NCBI GenBank assembly: GCA_964650885.1
Contig: CAZYXG010000002.1
Span: 86,409 to 150,408, forward strand
Reading direction: 5' to 3'
Length of the DNA: 64,000 bases
Source of the DNA: an uncultured Hyphomicrobiales bacterium
GTDB lineage: Bacteria > Bacteroidota > Ignavibacteria > Kapaibacteriales > UBA2268
The notes under the pieces are model-generated. The model made no database searches. It saw only the letters and a list, made by a program, of their open reading frames with translations, and was not told where the DNA came from. The translations under genes were made by a program, and so were the position numbers. Positions 37,700 through 47,355 of this stretch are shown here, piece by piece (the first letter of the stretch is position 1; each line of letters begins with the position of its first letter).

Positions 37700-39328
37700 T
37701 TATATCTTCGGCCCTGCGGCTATCACTTCTACCGAAACTCCACTTTCATATTTTTTGAAGTTTGCAGCAAACTTTTCTGCTAAGTTTCTATAAGTTGCCC
37801 AGTATTCATCTTGGTTTGCCCAAGCAGTAGCTGGATTTAAAACTTCACTTGGCACATCTGGACAGCTTTGCGGAATCATAAATCCAAAGATTTCATCACG
37901 TTTGAATTCAACATTATCTAAAGCACCTGAAAGAGCAGCATTCAAAACTGCACGAGTATGCTTAATGCTTATTCTTTTCCCAACTCCAAATTTGCCACCT
38001 ATCCAGCCAGTATTTACAAGCCAAACATTTGAGCCAAATTTTTCAATTTTTTCTTTCAGTAAGTTAGAATAAACAAATGGGTGATGCACCATAAAAGGAG
38101 CTCCAAAGCATGCCGAAAATGCCATTTTAGGTTCATTGCCCAAACCTTTCTCTGTGCCTGCTATCTTTGATGTATAGCCAGTGATGAATTGATACTGAGC
38201 TTGATATTGGTCTAGTTTTGAAATTGGTGGCAAAACTCCTGTGGCATCGCAAGTTAAGAATATTACATTTTTTGGATGTGAATTCACCATTTTCTCTGGT
38301 AAGGAATTTGGAATAGTTTCCAATTTGTATGAAGCTCTTGTGTTCTCAGTCAAACTTCCATCGAATAAATCTGTTTCTCTCGTGATAGGATTCAATACCA
38401 CATTTTCCAGCACAGTACCAAACATTTGGGTTGTAGCATAAATTTCTGGTTCGCTTTCTTTCGATAAATTAATAACCTTTGCATAGCACCCTCCTTCATA
38501 GTTAAAGATACCGTCATCGCTCCAGCCATGCTCATCGTCACCAATTAAAAAGCGATTTGGATCGGCAGAAAGAGTAGTTTTGCCTGTACCCGAAAGCCCA
38601 AAGAAAAGTGCTGCATCGCCATCTTTGCCCACATTTGCAGAGCAGTGCATAGACATTACTTTTTCGAGTGGTTTGAAATAATTCATCAAAGTGAAGAAAG
38701 TTTTCTTAGTTTCGCCAGCATAGTTTGTGCCAGCCACTAATGCCATTTTCTTAGCAAAATTCAAAGTGATTACAGTTTCAGTGCGAGTGCCATCAATCTC
38801 TGGATTTGCAGAGAAACCTGGAATTGCAATTAATGTGAATTCAGGTTTATGTTTCTTATATTCATCTTGATTTTTTGGATTGATAAACATATTATACACA
38901 AAAAGACTTTGCCAAGCAGAATCAGTAATGATTCGAATTGGAATTTGATAACGAATGTCTGCTCCCACAAATGCATCTACAACAAATAAATCCCTACCTT
39001 GGCAGAAAGCTTGAGCACGCTTCATCAAAGTATCGAAATTATCCTCTGTTAATGCTTTGTTATTGTCCCACCAAATGTGTTCTTGGCTTGAGCTTTCTCT
39101 AACAATAAATTTATCATCGGCTGAGCGAGCTGTATGCTTACCAGTAGTGACTTGCAAAGCACCACCCTTAGCAATATTTGCCTCGCCACGGAAAACAGCT
39201 TCTTCATAGAGAGCTGGCACAGGCAAGTTCCAATAAACTGTACCAAGATTGTACAATCCGTGATTATCTAAACCAAAATTACATTGATTTGCATTTGCAA
39301 TTGAGTATGCGGGGGAATTAAGAGCCAT
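37700..39328 (-). CDS. pckA: Phosphoenolpyruvate carboxykinase (ATP)
   Basis: GLSGTGKTT kinase motif, DDEHGW. 542 aa. Confidence 0.92.
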   Translation of the reverse strand: MALNSPAYSIANANQCNFGLDNHGLYNLGTVYWNLPVPALYEEAVFRGEANIAKGGALQVTTGKHTARSADDKFIVRESSSQEHIWWDNNKALTEDNFDTLMKRAQAFCQGRDLFVVDAFVGADIRYQIPIRIITDSAWQSLFVYNMFINPKNQDEYKKHKPEFTLIAIPGFSANPEIDGTRTETVITLNFAKKMALVAGTNYAGETKKTFFTLMNYFKPLEKVMSMHCSANVGKDGDAALFFGLSGTGKTTLSADPNRFLIGDDEHGWSDDGIFNYEGGCYAKVINLSKESEPEIYATTQMFGTVLENVVLNPITRETDLFDGSLTENTRASYKLETIPNSLPEKMVNSHPKNVIFLTCDATGVLPPISKLDQYQAQYQFITGYTSKIAGTEKGLGNEPKMAFSACFGAPFMVHHPFVYSNLLKEKIEKFGSNVWLVNTGWIGGKFGVGKRISIKHTRAVLNAALSGALDNVEFKRDEIFGFMIPQSCPDVPSEVLNPATAWANQDEYWATYRNLAEKFAANFKKYESGVSVEVIAAGPKI

Positions 39329-39493
39329 ACGATAAATATCCTTATGATAGAAATTTGATAACTCAATTTAGCAAAATTGTTCTTATATTTATAATCTAAT
39401 TTTTCAGAAAAGATTGATTTAAATCACATATAAAATTAGTTAGTCAGAGTGAGCACATTCGGAGCTATTGGTTTTGTGTGGTTTTGATTTATT

Positions 39494-39528
39494 AAACCTT
39501 ACGAAGCTTACAAACCTTCGTAAGGTTT
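39494..39528. other. Perfect 13-bp stem hairpin in an unassigned intergenic segment
   Basis: AAACCTTACGAAG (39494-39506) / CTTCGTAAGGTTT (39516-39528), 9-nt loop. Confidence 0.6.
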
Positions 39529-39686
39529 CGGTTTTGGAGAATTGGAAACCAGACATCTCTGGGATTAGAAAACATTTATTCTGTTATTCATTTAATCCTG
39601 TAATCTTGTTGAGTCAATTAGTGTATTGTTTGGCAGTCCTTTGGATTCTTCACTTTGTTCAGAATAACACATAAATATTTTTCAAT

Positions 39687-39749
39687 CATAATTCACAACT
39701 CATAATTCACAACTCATAATTCACAACTCATAACTCATAACTCATAACT
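39687..39749. repeat. Tandem repeat: 3 x CATAATTCACAACT followed by 3 x CATAACT (nine degenerate 7-mers, CAYAAYT)
   Basis: Read directly from the sequence. The units are contiguous with no spacers. Confidence 0.95.
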
Positions 39750-39762
39750 CTGTTTCTTTTCT

Positions 39763-39770
39763 TATATTTG
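39763..39770 (+). promoter_or_regulatory. Bacteroidota-type -7 box (TAnnTTTG) for the beta-helix T9SS gene
   Basis: TATATTTG lies 42 nt upstream of the ATG at 39812 and 13 nt downstream of the repeat tract. Confidence 0.35.
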
Positions 39771-39811
39771 CAATAGATTAATTTAATGTTCAATAAAACA
39801 CATAAAATGCA

Positions 39812-41569
39812 ATGAAAACACTTATTTTAACTTTAGCACTAATTTCTATTAATTGCTTTGCTCAAATTATTCCTGCTAATCGTACTTATGATTTCAAGTC
39901 TGCTGGTTTTGGTAGGGGACAGAAGCCCGTCATTTCCAAAACATTAAACATAATGGATTTCGGTGGCGATGCTAATGGTGGAAAGTCCAACAATGAAGCA
40001 CTCAATAGTGCTATAAAGTCTAAAGGTATTCAGGCAGCTAGAATTTATTTCCCCGCTGGAATTTATAATTTCGATAAAACCATTGTTTTGCCAGATTCAA
40101 CAGTATTGGTTGGAGATGGAATTCAGGGAACTTTTTTTCGAATGAATCCAGATTTTGGTAATGATTGCATTAGTATTAATGGCTCAATTGAAAGTAAAGA
40201 ATATTCAATAGCAGGGAATGTAAATAAACATTTCGATAAATTTGCTATCAAAGATAAATTCAATTTAGCACCTCCTTTTTGGATTAAAATTTATCAAAAA
40301 TCATTTACTAATCTTACTTCCGATTGGGCAAAAAATTCTATTGGTCAAATTATTAAAGTTAAAAGTATAGCAGCTGATTCTTTGATATATATAAATCAAA
40401 ACTTTAGAATGAATTTTGATGAAAAAGATACTTTAGTGGCTACTATATTAAAACCTGTTCAATGTGTTGGAATTGAAAATATGACAATTACTCGACCAAG
40501 CACCAAATCATTTCAAACATCGAATATAGCTATAAACTATGCTGTGAATTGCTGGGTGGAATGTGTGGAAAGCATAAATGCAAATTTCGGCAATGTAACA
40601 ATTTCTAATTCAAGCAATGTGTCTGTTACTGGCTCTTATTTCCACGATCCTGTGGGATTTGGCGGAGGTGGAGAGGGCTATGGGGTAGTGCTTCAATTTA
40701 CATCTGGCGAGTGTTTAGTAGAAAATAATTTTTTCAAAAAATTACGACATTCTATGCTTTTGCAATCAGGTGCAAATGGAAATGTTTTTGCTTATAATTA
40801 TTCTACAGAACCATTTTGGACAGAAACTAGTTTGCCAAGTAATTCATCAGGCGATTTAGTTTTACATGGGAATTATCCATTTGCAAATTTATTCGAAGGG
40901 AATTTATGCCAAAATATTGTGATTGATAATTCACATGGGCTTAACGGACCTGACAATACTTTTTTGAGAAATAGAGCTGAGCTTTATGGAATTTTTATGA
41001 ATAGTTCCCCTGCTTCCAATGGACAAATCTTTGTTGGGAATGAAGTTACCAATACGCAACTATTTTTCGGACTTTATGTACTTGCAGGTTCAAATCATAT
41101 TGAATATTCCAATAACATCAAAGGGACTATCACCCCAGCAAATACTAATGTGATGGAAATCAAATCGTTATTCTATAATAGTAATCCATATTTCTTCAAT
41201 AGTGGATTTACAACATTTCCAAGCTTTGGCTATCCGAATGTTGGCAATAAAAATGAATTTCCAATTAAACGAAGAATTCAGCAGAATGCAGAATTTACTT
41301 TATGTGGCTCGCCTATGACTAACATAGAAGAATCTAATAAATCCCCTAAGTTTGAAATTTATCCAAACCCAGTTAATGATTTATTGATTTTAAATACTTA
41401 CCAAAAAACAAATGCAATTGTTACTGATGTTAATGGAAAAGAATTAGATTTTCTTAATTTTGAAAATACAATTAGTTACAACACACAAAAACTAAATAAT
41501 GGCACTTACTTTATCGTCTATTTTGTGGGCAATGAAAAAGTAACATTGAAGTTTATAGTTAATAGATAA
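39812..41569 (+). CDS. Secreted right-handed beta-helix (pectate-lyase-3/tailspike-like) protein with T9SS C-terminal domain
   Basis: N-terminal MDFGGDANGGKSNNEALNSAI...IYFPAGIY motif, repeated N/G-rich coils, C-terminal FEIYPNPVNDLLIL...NGTYFIV. Confidence 0.65.
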   Translation: MKTLILTLALISINCFAQIIPANRTYDFKSAGFGRGQKPVISKTLNIMDFGGDANGGKSNNEALNSAIKSKGIQAARIYFPAGIYNFDKTIVLPDSTVLVGDGIQGTFFRMNPDFGNDCISINGSIESKEYSIAGNVNKHFDKFAIKDKFNLAPPFWIKIYQKSFTNLTSDWAKNSIGQIIKVKSIAADSLIYINQNFRMNFDEKDTLVATILKPVQCVGIENMTITRPSTKSFQTSNIAINYAVNCWVECVESINANFGNVTISNSSNVSVTGSYFHDPVGFGGGGEGYGVVLQFTSGECLVENNFFKKLRHSMLLQSGANGNVFAYNYSTEPFWTETSLPSNSSGDLVLHGNYPFANLFEGNLCQNIVIDNSHGLNGPDNTFLRNRAELYGIFMNSSPASNGQIFVGNEVTNTQLFFGLYVLAGSNHIEYSNNIKGTITPANTNVMEIKSLFYNSNPYFFNSGFTTFPSFGYPNVGNKNEFPIKRRIQQNAEFTLCGSPMTNIEESNKSPKFEIYPNPVNDLLILNTYQKTNAIVTDVNGKELDFLNFENTISYNTQKLNNGTYFIVYFVGNEKVTLKFIVNR

Positions 41570-41573
41570 TATT

Positions 41574-41972
41574 ATGAAAACAAAAGACTTACACTTGGAA
41601 GTGGTATTCAATTCGATACCAGAAGAAATTTATGAAGCACTAATGGATAGTGAAAAACATTCCTATTTCACAAAATCGGAGTGCATAATATCGCAAGAAG
41701 TTGGCGGTTTTTTCTCTGCTTACGATGGGTATATAAACGGGCAGAATGTAGAGTTAGTTCCAAACAAAAAAATAGTTCAACTTTGGCGAGCCGACGAACC
41801 AAATTGGCCCAAGGATTTGTATTCAAAGGTTACATTTGAATTTATGCCTCCTGTGGAAGGAACAGTTGTGAAATTTTCCCACGAAGGTATTCCTTTGGAA
41901 TATGCTGAAACATTCAGGAAAGGTTGGGAAGATTACTATTGGGCACCACTTGCCGATTATTTAATGGATTGA
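41574..41972 (+). CDS. SRPBCC/Aha1-domain protein
   Basis: 132 aa, EIYEALMD...HSYFT...GW..YYW pattern of the AHSA1 family. Confidence 0.65.
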   Translation: MKTKDLHLEVVFNSIPEEIYEALMDSEKHSYFTKSECIISQEVGGFFSAYDGYINGQNVELVPNKKIVQLWRADEPNWPKDLYSKVTFEFMPPVEGTVVKFSHEGIPLEYAETFRKGWEDYYWAPLADYLMD

Positions 41973-41973
41973 T

Positions 41974-42615
41974 ATGTTTACTGGATTAATTGAAGAAATA
42001 GGAAAAATCAAGGCAATCACCAAGCTAAATGGTGGACTAAAAATAACCGTTATAGCTGATTTAATCATGAACGATGTAAAAATTGATGATTCAATCGCTA
42101 TTGAAGGGGTTTGCCAGACAGTTGTTGCGTGCAATAGCAATTCATTCGATGTTGTGGCAATAGAAGAAACTATGCGGAAAACTAATTTTGCGAAACTGAA
42201 AGCCAATTCTAAAGTAAATTTGGAACGAGCATTGACTTTAAACACTAGACTTGGTGGACATTTGGTGCAAGGACACGTGGACTGCATTGGTACTGTTGAT
42301 TCGGTAGTGAAAGAAGGAACAAGTTACTTGGTTTCTATTAAATTCCCAAATGAATTTCAGAAATATATTATTCCTGTTGGTTCGATTTGTATAAATGGAG
42401 TAAGTTTAACTGCCGCAAGAGTGGAAGGAACAAAATTTACTGTCGCTATTATACCACACACTTGGGATGTAACCACAATTGGTAATTTAAAAACTGGTGA
42501 TATTGTTAATCTTGAATTTGACCTAATTGGCAAATATATAGAAAAGCAAATGCAATTTGGCAATATAAAAAAAGAAAGTATTTGGGAGCAATTCGCAAAT
42601 CAACCAAAAATTTAA
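41974..42615 (+). CDS. ribE: Riboflavin synthase
   Basis: MFTGLIEEIGKI start, duplicated lumazine-binding halves (GVCQTV / GVSLTA). Confidence 0.9.
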   Translation: MFTGLIEEIGKIKAITKLNGGLKITVIADLIMNDVKIDDSIAIEGVCQTVVACNSNSFDVVAIEETMRKTNFAKLKANSKVNLERALTLNTRLGGHLVQGHVDCIGTVDSVVKEGTSYLVSIKFPNEFQKYIIPVGSICINGVSLTAARVEGTKFTVAIIPHTWDVTTIGNLKTGDIVNLEFDLIGKYIEKQMQFGNIKKESIWEQFANQPKI

Positions 42616-42635
42616 TTTAGTAATGAAATATAAAA

Positions 42636-44258
42636 ATGAAACAATTAATTGAATGCGTACCTAATTTTTCTGAAGGAAGAGATAAAGAAACTATTGAAGC
42701 AATAGCTTCGGCTATTCGCAATACTCAAGGTGTTAATCTTTTAGATGTTGACCCAGGCTATTCGACAAACCGCACAGTTTACACTTTTGTGGGCGATAAA
42801 AAAGCAGTCGTGGAAGGTGCATTGAATGGGGCAAAAGTAGCTCGTGAGCTAATTGATATGCGAACACAGACTGGCGAACACCCAAGAATGGGTGCATTAG
42901 ATGTTTGTCCTTTCATTCCAGTTTCTGGTGCTACTCAGCAGGACTGTATAGATTGTTCTTTGGAATTCGGTAGAAGAGCAGCGGAAGAAATAGGCATTCC
43001 AATTTATTTATACGAGCAATCGGCAAAGCAGGATTACAGACGCAGTTTGTCGGACATTCGCAAAGGTGAATATGAGGCATTTGCTGAAAAAATCACAAAA
43101 CCCGAATGGAAACCAGATTTCGGCGAAGCAAAGTTTATACCTGAATGGGGAGCAACAGTTACTGGCGCGAGAAATTATTTAATCGCTTATAATGTGAATG
43201 TACTTGGCACAAATAACCAAGCCCACCGCATAGCATTGAATTTGCGAGAAGCAGGTAGAGGCGATGGCGATATTGGAATGCTAAAAGAAACTAAAGCAAT
43301 TGGCTGGTTTGTTGATGAATACAAAATGGCACAAGTTTCTATGAATTTGACAGACTATGTAATAACTCCACCCCACATTGCATTTGAAAGTTGTGCAAAT
43401 GAGGCAAGAAAATTAAATGTTGGAGTAGCTGGTTCGGAATTAGTAGGTTTGATTCCATTGAAAGCACTTTTAATAGCAGCTGACTATTATATTGAAAAAG
43501 AGAAATTATTCATAATAGATGAAGCTCAAAAAATTCGATTAGTAGTGGAAAGATTAGGTTTGAACTCTATTTCCAACTTCGACCCTAAAAAACGCATTAT
43601 AGAATATTTGATAGCCGAAGAAAGAAATGAACCTTTGGCAAATATGACTCTACGTGGTTTTATAGAAGAAGTGGCAGCCCGCACAGCAGCACCTGGCGGT
43701 GGTTCGGTAGCGGCAGCAATAGCGAGTATGGGTATGGGACTTGCATCAATGGTGGCTTGGCTAACTTATGGAGTAAGAAAATTCGAGCATTTGGATTCTG
43801 AAATGCGAGCTATCATTCCAAATTTGCAAGAAACAACTTATGCACTAATTCCTAAAATAGACGAAGATACAAATGCTTTCAATGATTATATAGATGCAGT
43901 GCGTTTGCCAAAAGATACTCCAGAGCAACAAGCATATAGAGATACTGTTTTGCAAGCTGGGCTTAAAAAAGCTGTACTAACACCACTATCAGTAATGAAA
44001 ATAGCTTCGCAAGCTTGGAAAGAAGTTGAATCCGCAGCCAAACACGGAAATATAGCAAGCAAATCCGATGTAATGGTGGGAGCAAGAGCAATAGAATTAG
44101 GAATTTGGGGTGCATATCAAAACGTATTAATAAATTTAGAACTAGTAACAGATGAAAAATTCAAACAAGAAACTACTTTAGAAGCTACAGATATAGCAAA
44201 CAAAGCAAAAGTTAGAATGGATCAAATATTGGAATTATTAATTAATAGAAAAGAATAA
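42636..44258 (+). CDS. ftcD: Bifunctional glutamate formimidoyltransferase / formimidoyltetrahydrofolate cyclodeaminase
   Basis: ECVPNFSEGR start. C-terminal cyclodeaminase part (APGGGSVAAAIASMG). 540 aa. Confidence 0.85.
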   Translation: MKQLIECVPNFSEGRDKETIEAIASAIRNTQGVNLLDVDPGYSTNRTVYTFVGDKKAVVEGALNGAKVARELIDMRTQTGEHPRMGALDVCPFIPVSGATQQDCIDCSLEFGRRAAEEIGIPIYLYEQSAKQDYRRSLSDIRKGEYEAFAEKITKPEWKPDFGEAKFIPEWGATVTGARNYLIAYNVNVLGTNNQAHRIALNLREAGRGDGDIGMLKETKAIGWFVDEYKMAQVSMNLTDYVITPPHIAFESCANEARKLNVGVAGSELVGLIPLKALLIAADYYIEKEKLFIIDEAQKIRLVVERLGLNSISNFDPKKRIIEYLIAEERNEPLANMTLRGFIEEVAARTAAPGGGSVAAAIASMGMGLASMVAWLTYGVRKFEHLDSEMRAIIPNLQETTYALIPKIDEDTNAFNDYIDAVRLPKDTPEQQAYRDTVLQAGLKKAVLTPLSVMKIASQAWKEVESAAKHGNIASKSDVMVGARAIELGIWGAYQNVLINLELVTDEKFKQETTLEATDIANKAKVRMDQILELLINRKE

Positions 44259-44273
44259 TTTATTTATTTTCAA

Positions 44274-45074
44274 ATGAAAATTACATTAGTACAAAACAAT
44301 CCAATTTTCGAATCTAAAATCGAAAATACAAATAATATATTACGAGTTTGCTCTAATGAAAGCAATAGTATAATTGTTTTTCCTGAACTCACTACTTCAG
44401 GTTATTTCTATCTTTCAGTCAAGGAGATTGGAAATAATGCCATTTCACAAAACGATGATTTCTTCAATAAATTAAAAGAAATTGCAATTACTAATCAATT
44501 AATTATTTGTTTGGGCTATGCTGAGAAATCAGAAAATAATATATTTAACTCTGCTGCTTTGATTTTCCCAAATGGTAGTTTCCATAACTATAGAAAAACT
44601 CATTTATTCTATAAAGAGAAATATGTATTTAGTCAGGGCGATACTGGATTCAATGTATTTGAATATAAGCCATTGGATGTAAAAATAGGTGTAATGATTT
44701 GCTATGACTGGCGATTCCCCGAAGCAGCCCGAAGCTTAGCTTTGCAAGGAGTTGATTTAATATTATGTCCAAGCAACTTAGTTACCGACTTATGGTTTGA
44801 CGTAATGAAAGCAAGAGCAATAGAGAATAATGTTTTTATTGCAGTAGCAAATAGAATAGGAACTGAAACTAGAGAGATAAATGGGGAAATTGAAACTCTC
44901 AAATTTAAAGGGCAATCTGTAATATTTAGCCCTAAAGGTGATACGTTAGCAATTGCAAGTGCAGATGAAAAGGCTATGATATCTTGTGCAATTGAACCAT
45001 TTGAAACACGAAATAAAGCTTTTAATTCTGAAAATGATATATTTTTGGATAGAAGACCAGATATGTACTTATAA
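44274..45074 (+). CDS. Carbon-nitrogen hydrolase (nitrilase superfamily)
   Basis: E-K-C triad contexts FPELTTSGY, YRKTHLF, MICYDWRFPE. Confidence 0.8.
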   Translation: MKITLVQNNPIFESKIENTNNILRVCSNESNSIIVFPELTTSGYFYLSVKEIGNNAISQNDDFFNKLKEIAITNQLIICLGYAEKSENNIFNSAALIFPNGSFHNYRKTHLFYKEKYVFSQGDTGFNVFEYKPLDVKIGVMICYDWRFPEAARSLALQGVDLILCPSNLVTDLWFDVMKARAIENNVFIAVANRIGTETREINGEIETLKFKGQSVIFSPKGDTLAIASADEKAMISCAIEPFETRNKAFNSENDIFLDRRPDMYL

Positions 45075-45076
45075 AA

Positions 45077-45114
45077 AAAGCTCAACTAATCTTAAATTTA
45101 GTTGAGCTTTTTAA
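45077..45114. terminator. Bidirectional terminator
   Basis: AAAGCTCAACTA / TAGTTGAGCTTT stem, T-run after and A-run before. Confidence 0.75.
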
Positions 45115-45133
45115 AATTAAAAATAATTTAAAA

Positions 45134-45754
45134 TTATTTAGCTAATTGTAACGAAACGTTTAATGTGAATTCATTGTCAATAGCTTTATCTCCAAGTCCT
45201 TCAAAGAAGTTTTTTGAACCATATTTAATTTCATAGTTAGTACGGTCAACTTTTATAAAAGCATAAACTTCAGCTTTATCGCCTAAATCTTTAACTTGTA
45301 CATCGAAAGTAGTTGGTTTAGTAATTCCTTTAATTGTCAAATCGCCATTAACAGTATATCTTAATACTTTTGTACCACTTTCCATCTTGTTGCTTTTCAA
45401 TTTTGCAGATTTCATTTTGAAATTTGCTGTATTGTGTTTTTCAACAGAGAAAAAGTCATCAGACTTTAAATGTCCAGTCAATTTACCAAGACCTTCATTG
45501 TCCGATTTTAAATCTAAAACTTGAATAGATGTCATATCAACATTGAAAGAAGCAGCTGTAAGATTGTTGCCATCAAGAGTGATGCTACCATCTTTCACGT
45601 TTACGATGCCATTATGTTCGCCTACAACTTTTTTAGCTACCCATTCCACTTTAGAAGTAGAAGAATTAGCGTTAAAAGTATTTCCAGCGAAAGAGTTAAT
45701 TGAAGTTGCAAACAAGATTGCACAAACAACTATCAGAGATAATAGGTTTTTCAT
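45134..45754 (-). CDS. yceI: YceI family periplasmic protein
   Basis: Signal peptide. W.AKKV.GEHNG.V......L.......F.VDM.S motif pattern typical of YceI. Confidence 0.75.
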   Translation of the reverse strand: MKNLLSLIVVCAILFATSINSFAGNTFNANSSTSKVEWVAKKVVGEHNGIVNVKDGSITLDGNNLTAASFNVDMTSIQVLDLKSDNEGLGKLTGHLKSDDFFSVEKHNTANFKMKSAKLKSNKMESGTKVLRYTVNGDLTIKGITKPTTFDVQVKDLGDKAEVYAFIKVDRTNYEIKYGSKNFFEGLGDKAIDNEFTLNVSLQLAK

Positions 45755-45966
45755 AATTGTACCTTATTTAATGATTAAAAAAAAATAAATATTGTTATCA
45801 TTTCTGGATTAGTTAACGCATTAACTAAAATTCTATTTTAAGAATTTAAAAAAAAGTGCAAAAAACTTATAATTACCAAAAATTCTATCCACAAAAGCGT
45901 TTTATAATTGTTTAAAACCTTATAAAACCTTAATTTGCGGATTAATCTTTTGTAAAATATACAACA

Positions 45967-47349
45967 ATGGCTTTGCAAATGTTCGCAACAGTAAAAAATA
46001 TTCATTTTGTTGGAATTGGTGGTATCGGAATGAGTGGTATTGCTGAGATTCTCCTTAAAGAGGGCTTTATCATTACAGGTTCGGATATGGCAAAATCCGA
46101 AAATACAGATTATTTAGAAAAACATGGTGCAAAAATATTCATTGGGCACAATGAAGACAACGTACAAAGTGCAGAAGTGGTTGTTTATTCGAGTGCCGTT
46201 AAACCACTTGAAAATCCAGAGACTGCTTTTGCTTTGCAACATAACATACCCCTTATACGTAGAGCAGAAATGCTTTCGGAAGTTGCTCGATTAAATTATT
46301 GTTTGGCTGTTTCTGGTACACACGGAAAAACAACAACTACTTCAATGGTTTCATTGATTTTAATTAGAGCTAATTTCGACCCAACTGTTATAGTTGGTGG
46401 CAGATTGAAAGATTTTGGTGGCACAAATGCTCGATTAGGAAAAGGGAAATGGACAATATTGGAAGCAGATGAATTCGATAGGTCTTTTCTTCAGCTTTTC
46501 CCAACTGTTGCCATATTAAATAATATAGAAGCAGAGCATTTGGATATTTATAAAGATATCGAAGATTTGAAAGATACGTTCCTTGAATTTGCAAATAAAG
46601 TTCCTTTCTATGGTTTTGTTGCTTTGGGCTTGGACGATGCGCGCAATAGAGAGATTATGTCTGTAATCAATAAAAAAGTAGTTACTTATGGACTTTCTCG
46701 CCATTGCGATGTGAGAGCCGATAAAATAGTTTACGATGAAAAAAGAACTGATTTCGATGTTTACCAAAATGGAATATTACTTGGCAGAATGTTAATAAAC
46801 ATACCAGGCACTCACAATGTTAAAAATGCTTTGGGTGCTATTACAGTCGCTTTGGGCTTGGGTATTGACTTTGAAACAATTAAGTTAGCACTTGGTGAAT
46901 TCAATGGCGTTCAGCGTAGATTTGAATTTAAAGGTAATTATAAAGGTGCAATGGTAGTTGATGATTATGCACATCATCCATCGGAAGTAGCAGTAACTCT
47001 TCAAGCAGCAAGAAATGGCTGGAACAGGAGAGTAATTGGTGTTTTCCAACCCCATACCTACACTAGAACAAGAGATTTATATAAAGAGTTTGGTCAATGT
47101 TTCGATGATGCTGATATAATTATCATAACTGATGTTTATGCAGCAAGAGAAACTCCAATTGAAGGAATAACAGGAGAATTGATTGCAAATTCTGCTAAAA
47201 AATATGGTCACAAAAATGTGATATATGTAGAAAATTTCGACGATATTCTTCCAATAGTTGAAAAAATTGCAGAAGAAAATGATATAATCTTGACTTTGGG
47301 TGCTGGTAGCATCTATAAAGTTGCAAATGACTTAGTAAATAAAAAATAA
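45967..47349 (+). CDS. murC: UDP-N-acetylmuramate--L-alanine ligase
   Basis: GIGGIGMSGIAE, GTHGKTTTT, DDYAHHP. Confidence 0.92.
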   Translation: MALQMFATVKNIHFVGIGGIGMSGIAEILLKEGFIITGSDMAKSENTDYLEKHGAKIFIGHNEDNVQSAEVVVYSSAVKPLENPETAFALQHNIPLIRRAEMLSEVARLNYCLAVSGTHGKTTTTSMVSLILIRANFDPTVIVGGRLKDFGGTNARLGKGKWTILEADEFDRSFLQLFPTVAILNNIEAEHLDIYKDIEDLKDTFLEFANKVPFYGFVALGLDDARNREIMSVINKKVVTYGLSRHCDVRADKIVYDEKRTDFDVYQNGILLGRMLINIPGTHNVKNALGAITVALGLGIDFETIKLALGEFNGVQRRFEFKGNYKGAMVVDDYAHHPSEVAVTLQAARNGWNRRVIGVFQPHTYTRTRDLYKEFGQCFDDADIIIITDVYAARETPIEGITGELIANSAKKYGHKNVIYVENFDDILPIVEKIAEENDIILTLGAGSIYKVANDLVNKK

Positions 47350-47355
47350 TAAAAA

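Noticed and set aside
39468-39674. 68-aa ORF in the pckA / beta-helix intergenic region.
   Set aside because: It has a TTG start and no upstream ribosome-binding-like sequence. It runs straight through the perfect 13-bp hairpin. The composition looks non-coding, so I treat the region as candidate RNA or repeat DNA instead.
39687-39749. Possible CRISPR array.
   Set aside because: The units are 7-14 nt and directly contiguous with no spacers, and no cas genes are present. It is a simple tandem repeat.
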